32,000 nucleotides of DNA from Pseudidiomarina andamanensis (GTDB lineage: Bacteria > Pseudomonadota > Gammaproteobacteria > Enterobacterales > Alteromonadaceae): the NCBI RefSeq assembly GCF_009734345.1, contig NZ_CP032551.1, positions 1,500,001-1,532,000 of the forward strand, in the 5' to 3' direction. Of this stretch, positions 27,401 to 32,000 are shown piece by piece. A model generated the notes under the pieces. The model was not told the origin of the DNA and ran no database searches. It saw only the letters and a program-made list of their open reading frames with translations. The position numbers and the translations under genes were made by a program. Position 1 is the stretch's first letter; each line of letters begins with the position of its first letter.

Positions 27401-27928
27401 ATAACGCCACAGTAGCGGTTGCCATAGTTGATCTTCGGTGACCGCTAGCGAGCCGCCAGCAGCCCAATCACTTAGCCAATCGGCACGATAAATTTGGTAT
27501 TGATCATACAAATCAGCAAGACGTTCACTTAATTGGAAGCATTTCCGCTGTTCCACATCATCGGCCATATAGCGTCGTAACGGCTCAAATTCAGGCTCAT
27601 GAAGATGTAACGGCAGTAAACGTAGAATTCGCCAGGTCAGTCGGTCTTTGTCAAATGGTGAATGCCGAGGCAAATCATTACCCAGTACCCCACGATAAGC
27701 TTGCCATTGAAATCGTGCTGGCAAAGTCACATCAACCATTGCCGCAATTCCTAAATCGCGAGCAAGATGCTGCTTTAACCACTGTGCGATACCGTTCGAT
27801 TGCACCAGTATGGTTTCGCTCTCTAGAGCACCGATGGGATATTGGCGATTAATTGACACCACAAGGTCAGTTAAATCCTGTAACCGATGGCTATGGGCAA
27901 CAATAAATCCTGGGGTAAGCTGACTCAT
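24464..27928 (-). CDS. recC: Exodeoxyribonuclease V subunit gamma
   Basis: 1154 aa in the first position of the operon. It shares an ATGA stop/start overlap with recB (24464-24467). Size and N-terminus ('VAHSHRLQDL') are RecC-like. Confidence 0.9.
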   Translation of the reverse strand: MSQLTPGFIVAHSHRLQDLTDLVVSINRQYPIGALESETILVQSNGIAQWLKQHLARDLGIAAMVDVTLPARFQWQAYRGVLGNDLPRHSPFDKDRLTWRILRLLPLHLHEPEFEPLRRYMADDVEQRKCFQLSERLADLYDQYQIYRADWLSDWAAGGSLAVTEDQLWQPLLWRYLLADVGDSRWNNRAYLHQQFIDSCRELAADERPSSLPPRVVVFGISSLPKQTLEVLQALSRFTQVVLCVHNPCQFYWADIIDGKDIYEKEVRARHQRRHQVTVNPDELHAYSHPLLASWGKQGRDYIRLLDLFDETNELRHEFPTLKLDMFEQELPEQPSVLDAIRYDILQLNSPQEAQQQWEHSVLDDSAIQFHCAHSPQREVEILHDQLLARFAADPNLKPRDVMVMVPDIDQYAPHIDAVFGRYERNDSRCIPYSLADQGARHQHPMLIALEYILSIGQQRANASEVFDLLQVSAIQKRFGFRDDQLATLQRWIDASGVRWALDEHHRAQLQLPAEQQNTWLFGLQRMLFGYAVGEVEGFEPGWQHIEPLTDVGGLDADVVGALHQLVMVLCEHFEQATQERTPVQWATYLNELLGRLFTPESDADVVLLNRLQQRLQQWLEATQSAALDEPIALTVVLESWLSQVDEPSLNQRFLAGRVNFATLMPMRAIPFKYVCLLGMNDGDYPRTQKPFDFDLMARDYRPGDRSRREDDRYLFLEAILSAQQLLYISWQGRSIRDNSEKPPSVLISQFLEHIQQVYGERSDGTPWVVEHRLQPFHRDYFMLSQPQLNARFSFADEWHVVHHESTMDVPQHQQLAEWIPPRALTVKQVSDFMKESAKLFTQVRLNTYLREQTHTLRDEERFEMNGLERWQLLQPTLQQAMRMLREQRDVATAEATIAAMLERYQRAGELPLGASGLVMRDNLLSDTQGLLERASELFNAYQNRVETVQIAHQFDNGLSIEATFPTLQQNSQGERLWLQVTPSVVVDNQRKTYRPRPQHAVQLWLEHLLLNSLHATHSCLLGREGVIEFAPMKQQQALALLTGVMGWVHAGLQQPLPLELETAFAGIKENYKDWQQAFTEEPINAIHSKAQEFYDESGFNHTAQKLRAVYTARYFPDYASLTASGILNDMAQALYQPMMQHLFLGMPTAEVAG

Positions 27929-28059
27929 GACTGTTCCTCTGCATGTGTAATTGTCATCCTAACCAAATACCGGCCTGTAAACCAGCCAAATCCAAGGTGA
28001 TCTTATGCCACATAGTCGCTATATTTAAGGCAATATGAACCAGAGTAAGGAGTCTCACC

Positions 28060-28590
28060 ATGCAACGCTTTTATCTCTTAGTACTAGCGCTTCTATCAGT
28101 CCTATTTTTATCCGCCTGTGACGAACAGCAGCCAGTAAATAAAATTCCTGTTGCCGTCGCCGACGTACCAAATATTCATCATCCGAATGAGCAACATTTC
28201 ACCTCCGGTAAACCTTCAAAAGAAGATCTCGTGAAATTAAAAGAGCAAGGTGTCACTGCCGTTATCAATTTACTAACCGACAGCGACATGAATAACGACG
28301 ATCAAGAAGCCCTATGGGCGCAGGAGCTCGGACTCGATTATTATCGTGTGCCGGTTGGCGGGCCAAGTGATCTAACCCGTGAAAGCGTTGCCGATTTTGA
28401 CCGCGCATTGTCAGCGACACAGAACCAAACCACCTTAATTCACTGTGCAAGCAGTAACCGTGTTGGCGCGATGATGGCGTTGCACAGCGCTTGGTTTGAG
28501 AATGCCAGCAAAGAGCAAGCGCTGCAGACTGGGCGCGATTACGGATTAAAGAGTCTGGAAACACCCGTACAAAAACTGCTTAGCGAATAA
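28060..28590 (+). CDS. DUF442-type Cys-X5-Arg phosphatase/sulfurtransferase-fold lipoprotein
   Basis: Lipobox 'LFLSAC' and CX5R loop 'IHCASSNRVGAM'. AAGGAG RBS present. 176 aa. Confidence 0.65.
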   Translation: MQRFYLLVLALLSVLFLSACDEQQPVNKIPVAVADVPNIHHPNEQHFTSGKPSKEDLVKLKEQGVTAVINLLTDSDMNNDDQEALWAQELGLDYYRVPVGGPSDLTRESVADFDRALSATQNQTTLIHCASSNRVGAMMALHSAWFENASKEQALQTGRDYGLKSLETPVQKLLSE

Positions 28591-28595
28591 AATTA

Positions 28596-28604
28596 TGGTA
28601 GAAT
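28596..28604 (+). promoter_or_regulatory. Candidate extended -10 promoter element for trhO
   Basis: TGgTAGAAT (TGnTAnAAT) lies about 60 nt upstream of the trhO ATG. The -35 is weak. Confidence 0.35.
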
Positions 28605-28663
28605 GCGCGCGCAAATTTTGACCTCGGATTTACGTTCCGAATCGCCAAAGAAGGAAATAACAG

Positions 28664-29593
28664 ATGTATATTTGCGCCGCACTCTACAAGTTTGTGGAAT
28701 TTAATGATTTTGAAGCCTTTCGTGAGCCTCTCTACAACTGCATGATCGACAACGACGTGAAAGGTACGTTGTTGCTGGCTCGAGAAGGAATTAACGGTAC
28801 TATTTGTGGCACCCGCGAAGGTGTCGATAATGTCTTAGCTTTTATTCGCAGCCAAGAAGCCTTTGCTGATATAGAGCATAAAGAATCGCCAAGCGATAAG
28901 CAGGCGTTCTACCGCACCAAAGTAAAACTCAAAAAAGAAATCGTGACCATGGGTATTGACTGGGTTGACCCAAAAAATGTGGTGGGCACCTATGTTGATG
29001 CGAAAGACTGGAACGATTTAATTCGCGATCCTGAAGTTCTCCTGATTGATACACGTAACGACTACGAGTATGCAGTTGGTACTTTCGAAGGCGCAATTAA
29101 TCCAAAAACAGACTCGTTTCGCGAGTTTCCACAATACGTGAAAGATCACCTCGATCCTGAAAAGCACAAAAAGGTCGCCATGTTTTGCACCGGCGGTATC
29201 CGCTGTGAAAAATCAACTGCGTACCTCAAGTCAATCGGCTTTGATGAGGTTTATCACCTTAAGGGTGGCATTCTAAAGTACTTAGAAGAAGTACCAGAAG
29301 AAGACACCACCTGGAACGGCGATTGCTTTGTATTTGATCAACGTGTAACCGTTCGTCACGGCTTGCAACAAGGTGATTACGATCAATGTTATGCATGTCG
29401 GATGCCGATTACTGACGAAGAAAAGCAGTCAGAGCACTATGTGAAAGGTGTGAGCTGTCCACATTGTCATGACAAGACAACTCCTGAGCAAAAACAACGG
29501 TTTGCAGAACGTGAAAAGCAAATTCAGTTGGCCAAACAACGGGGTGAACAACACATCCGTGATGGCAAAGTCGATGAGCTCAATCGGGTTTAG
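28664..29593 (+). CDS. trhO: Rhodanese-domain tRNA uridine(34) hydroxylase (UPF0176/YceA family)
   Basis: '[11 protein letters not shown]', rhodanese active loop '[11 protein letters not shown]' and a C-terminal Cys cluster 'CYACRMP...CPHCHD'. Confidence 0.9.
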   Translation: MYICAALYKFVEFNDFEAFREPLYNCMIDNDVKGTLLLAREGINGTICGTREGVDNVLAFIRSQEAFADIEHKESPSDKQAFYRTKVKLKKEIVTMGIDWVDPKNVVGTYVDAKDWNDLIRDPEVLLIDTRNDYEYAVGTFEGAINPKTDSFREFPQYVKDHLDPEKHKKVAMFCTGGIRCEKSTAYLKSIGFDEVYHLKGGILKYLEEVPEEDTTWNGDCFVFDQRVTVRHGLQQGDYDQCYACRMPITDEEKQSEHYVKGVSCPHCHDKTTPEQKQRFAEREKQIQLAKQRGEQHIRDGKVDELNRV

Positions 29594-29674
29594 TCGTTGC
29601 TACCTATGCCTTGAAATGGTCTATACTGACCCATAGATACAAGTTATAAGTTAAATCCAAACAAGGAGTTAAAC

Positions 29675-30148
29675 ATGCAACAATTGAATGTGATTGGAAT
29701 TGACCAACATCATGCTGAGCAGCTTGCCGAGCGTTTAAACCAGCTATTGGCAAACTACCAAGTGATGTATATGAATGTTCGTGGTTTTCACTGGAACATT
29801 AAAGGTCAAGAATTCTTCGAGTTACATGCCAAGTTTGAAGAAACTTACAATGACTTACTGCTGAAAATTGATGAAATTGCTGAACGCATTCTCACTTTGG
29901 GTCAACGCCCTTTGCATGCTTACTCAACGTATATCAAAGCGAGCGATATTCAAGAAGCGAAAGACATTCACGATGGCAAAGCCTGTGTACGTGAAATTCT
30001 TGATAGCTATCGCGTGGTTATTCGCCTGCAACGCGAGATTCTTGAAATTGCCGGCGAAGCCAGTGACGAAGGTACTGCTTCATTGATGAGTGACTACATT
30101 AAAGAGCAAGAGAAAACTGCTTGGATGTTGACGTCATACTTAGGCTAA
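29675..30148 (+). CDS. dps: Dps family DNA-protection/ferritin-like protein
   Basis: 157 aa with 'NVRGFHWNIKGQEFFELHAKFEETY' and 'DEIAERI..LG' ferroxidase-site regions. AAGGAG RBS present. Confidence 0.9.
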   Translation: MQQLNVIGIDQHHAEQLAERLNQLLANYQVMYMNVRGFHWNIKGQEFFELHAKFEETYNDLLLKIDEIAERILTLGQRPLHAYSTYIKASDIQEAKDIHDGKACVREILDSYRVVIRLQREILEIAGEASDEGTASLMSDYIKEQEKTAWMLTSYLG

Positions 30149-30162
30149 GCCTTTTCTAGTCC

Positions 30163-30193
30163 AAAAAGCCGCGCTTTTTAGCGCGGTTTTTTT
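30163..30193 (+). terminator. Rho-independent terminator of dps
   Basis: Stem ccgcgc / gcgcgg with a 6-nt loop, followed by T7. Confidence 0.85.
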
Positions 30194-30199
30194 ATCCCT

Positions 30200-30228
30200 T
30201 TCGCAAAATCTATTATTTTTGCTATGCT
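30200..30228 (+). promoter_or_regulatory. Candidate sigma70 promoter for the DUF3185 gene
   Basis: TTCGCA, a 17-nt spacer, then TATGCT, about 45 nt upstream of the ATG at 30274 and just after the dps terminator. Confidence 0.35.
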
Positions 30229-30273
30229 GAATCGGTAGTACCTTAATCCATGAAAATAAAAAGGAAAAATTCG

Positions 30274-30471
30274 ATGAACAAAGTCATTGGAATCGTTCTG
30301 TTAGTGGTAGGTGTTATTTTGCTGTATTTTGGTTGGGAAGCGTATAACTCAGTTGCCTCTGAAGCCACTCAAGCGCTTACTGGCGAAACCACCGACGAAG
30401 CAATGTGGTACTTAATTGGTGGTGCTGTTGCTGTGATTGTCGGTTTATACGGCGTCATTCGCGGCAAGTAA
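30274..30471 (+). CDS. Small two-TM membrane protein (DUF3185-like)
   Basis: 'MNKVIGIVLLVVGVILLYFG...WYLIGGAVAVIVGLYGVIRGK'. AAGGA lies 8 nt upstream of the ATG at 30274. The track start at 30250 has no RBS. Confidence 0.65.
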   Translation: MNKVIGIVLLVVGVILLYFGWEAYNSVASEATQALTGETTDEAMWYLIGGAVAVIVGLYGVIRGK

Positions 30472-30486
30472 AAGCAAGTGTTAATC

Positions 30487-30515
30487 AAAAGCGAGCCTTA
30501 ATGGCTCGCTTTTTT
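30487..30515. terminator. Bidirectional rho-independent terminator (DUF3185 gene / MFS gene)
   Basis: Stem aaaagcgagcc / ggctcgctttt with loop ttaat. There is a T-run on + and an A-run upstream that gives a T-run on -. Confidence 0.8.
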
Positions 30516-30521
30516 GTTGCG

Positions 30522-31847
30522 CTAGTCCTGCTGCACGTTTGGCAGACTAAGAGCGCGAAGCGATGCAACAATACCTAAGATTATGAGTAGACCAATTACT
30601 GCCTCAACGCCTGCATAGCTCTCTAACACACCAAGCAGAATACCTAGCAATAAGACAATACCGATTACTGTATTGGATACGGCTGTATATTGCGCGCGCG
30701 TTTCTTGAGTTGCCATGTCTACCAAGTAGGTTTTACGCCCGACTCGTGCGCCGTGGTGTGCTACAGCGGCGCTAAAAATAAGCAGCCCCGCTAACCACTG
30801 CTGCGCTAACAACTCTGGAGTTAACACATACAAGGCGAGAGCTGCAGCCATCACAAATGTTGCCATTGCGGCCGCCGCTGCCATGACATGGTGACTGGCG
30901 CTATCTGACCATTTCCCCCAAAACCGCCCCGCCAACATGCCGGCTAAACCGCTTGCTAACATAAGTCCACCTAGACTCGTTAAACTCCCCTCACCGCTAC
31001 GTTGAATCATGACGACAATGTATGGAATGGCAAACGCGGAAGCCACCAGCAGGGCTCGTGTGAGAACAAACTGGCCAAAATTTTTATCCTGCCACAACAA
31101 TCGAATCGATTTGAGTGCTTCAACGAGAGCATTACCACCGCCTTCAGTCGCTCCAGGTACTTCCGGTACACTAGCGTAAATAACTGCAGCAGCTAACCAC
31201 AACAATGCGGCAAAACTCAGCAACAGGATGAATAACCAAGCATCGCCTTGTTGACCGACATTTGTATATTCGGGTGCAAAAATGATGACCAAAGCTGTCG
31301 CCAAAGATAGAAAACCTGCAACTGAAGCAGCGAGCCCAGACAAGCGGCCACGCCGAGTTTTCGAAATGGTTTTGCCTTGCACATCTTTGATGGCGACCGA
31401 GCATACGCCGCGAGATAAACTAAATAGCGCCAGCAATGTGACGACAGCCCAGCCCAATAAGGTACCTTCGGCAAGTAAAATAGCGACTACCATACCAAGT
31501 AGCGACAATGCTTGCCCGACGCTACCCACCACCCAAAACCATTTTCGAATGGGCGTTTGACGCATTTGTTGTGCAATAAATAATTGTGGCAGCAACGCTA
31601 ACGATTCACGCAAGGGTACCAGTGCACTAATGAATACACTGGGTGCTCCTAGTGCGGTTAGCATCCACGGTAATACCAAACGAGCGCTAACGAGTGAATC
31701 ACCTAGCTTAGTTAGTGTTAGCGACCATAAGTGCGCCATAAAGGCTTGCGGTTGATCATTACAAGCACTCTCTGGAATATCTTTGCAGACACGAGCATCT
31801 TCATCCTCAGCTAACAATCCGTACATGCGGTCGGTAAGCTTCGACAT
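30522..31847 (-). CDS. MFS-type transporter
   Basis: 441 aa with about 12 hydrophobic segments and a basic loop 'SKTRRGRLSG' between early TMs. AGGAG lies 5 nt upstream of the ATG. Confidence 0.8.
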   Translation of the reverse strand: MSKLTDRMYGLLAEDEDARVCKDIPESACNDQPQAFMAHLWSLTLTKLGDSLVSARLVLPWMLTALGAPSVFISALVPLRESLALLPQLFIAQQMRQTPIRKWFWVVGSVGQALSLLGMVVAILLAEGTLLGWAVVTLLALFSLSRGVCSVAIKDVQGKTISKTRRGRLSGLAASVAGFLSLATALVIIFAPEYTNVGQQGDAWLFILLLSFAALLWLAAAVIYASVPEVPGATEGGGNALVEALKSIRLLWQDKNFGQFVLTRALLVASAFAIPYIVVMIQRSGEGSLTSLGGLMLASGLAGMLAGRFWGKWSDSASHHVMAAAAAMATFVMAAALALYVLTPELLAQQWLAGLLIFSAAVAHHGARVGRKTYLVDMATQETRAQYTAVSNTVIGIVLLLGILLGVLESYAGVEAVIGLLIILGIVASLRALSLPNVQQD

Positions 31848-31871
31848 AAGCTCTCCTCGTGGGCGGTGAAT

Positions 31872-32000
31872 TTATAGATGGTGATGTTGCAGGTGGTGGT
31901 GTAATTCGTACCAAAGTTGACTAATAGTTTGTGAGAGCTCTAGCCAATTTTGCAAATGTTGAACATCCACACGCTCGCCCGATGCGCCTTCATATGCGTT
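31872..32000 (-). CDS. Possible 3' end of a gene encoding a His-rich C-terminus (partial, runs off window)
   Basis: My own translation of the minus strand gives '...NAYEGASGERVDVQHLQNWLELSQTISQLWYELHHHLQHHHL*', open to the window edge. The stop lies 24 nt upstream of the MFS gene on the same strand. Only 42 codons are visible, so chance cannot be excluded. Confidence 0.3.
   Translation of the reverse strand, partial: NAYEGASGERVDVQHLQNWLELSQTISQLWYELHHHLQHHHL

Noticed and set aside
14458-29593. sqr, the DUF442 lipoprotein and the rhodanese-domain TrhO were considered together as a sulfide-oxidation system.
   Set aside because: They are separated by the 12-kb acylase-arfB-recDBC block and are on different strands. 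TrhO is a tRNA-modification enzyme. No persulfide dioxygenase or sulfite-handling gene is present.
3511-30273. N-terminal extensions of track ORFs: 3511-3525, 5538-5549, 6684-6725, 8465-8500, 13251-13394, 15739-15804 and 30250-30273.
   Set aside because: In each case an internal ATG or GTG has a properly spaced SD. It also begins exactly at a signal peptide or a cofactor-binding fold. The upstream codons overlap SD or promoter elements or start at TTG.
16134-31050. The E. coli Chi octamer (GCTGGTGG) occurs on the minus strand at 16134-16141 and 31043-31050. It was considered in relation to the recBCD locus.
   Set aside because: Chi sequences are species-specific, and two occurrences in 32 kb are uninformative. 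Orientation bias cannot be assessed without the replication context.
43-31560. About 60 additional track ORFs (60-137 aa) lie inside or antisense to the genes called above. Examples are 1602-2015(+), 2993-3385(+), 3888-4217(+), 21537-21854(+), 22220-22549(+) and 26263-26562(-).
   Set aside because: Each is fully embedded in a longer ORF with strong family-level motifs. Their translations are low-complexity (R/S/A/C-rich) shadow-frame sequence, and I saw no SD motifs. This pattern is typical of antisense frames in moderately GC-rich coding DNA.
1-32000. I scanned the window for CRISPR repeats, tRNA/rRNA genes, IS inverted repeats, integrase or transposase ORFs, and long direct repeats.
   Set aside because: None was seen. 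Non-coding DNA totals under 2 kb in pieces of about 310 nt or less. These contain only promoters, SD sites and hairpin terminators. A by-eye scan cannot exclude short sRNAs.

Overview
This is a 32-kb, almost fully coding chromosomal segment. The proteins (Gor, GdhA, MaeA, RecBCD, ArfB, TrhO, Dps, DUF3300, DUF3185) and a moderate GC content judged by eye suggest a marine gammaproteobacterium of the Alteromonadales/Idiomarina type; the taxon is inference only. I can support 26 complete CDS, one weak partial CDS at the right edge, four rho-independent terminators and three sigma70-like promoter candidates. I saw no rRNA, tRNA, CRISPR array, transposase, integrase or phage genes. Six ORF-track starts were moved downstream on RBS or signal-peptide evidence: 3525 to 3510, 5538 to 5550, 6725 to 6683, 8465 to 8501, 13394 to 13250 and 15804 to 15738. 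Two more moves are likely: 13537 to 13564 and 30250 to 30274. Most of the window is ordinary housekeeping, covering redox and central metabolism, alkylation repair, recCBD and stress genes. I do not see a convincing multi-gene novel system. The observations most worth a second look are listed here. (1) arfB is translationally coupled to the end of recC-recB-recD. (2) An Nramp-family transporter has both metal-ligand motifs substituted (DPGN to GPGT, MPH to VPY). (3) An orphan YafY/BrxR/CapW-type wHTH-WCX regulator lacks the WYL sensor domain. It sits in a small islet with two secreted proteins of unknown function, bounded by the two longest non-coding stretches in the window. (4) A DUF488 gene is tightly coupled to a 2OG-Fe(II) oxygenase gene. 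(5) A Tag-family protein lacks the zinc-snap cysteines and lies just downstream of a DUF3300 exported protein. All family calls come from motif recognition by eye; no database search was run.
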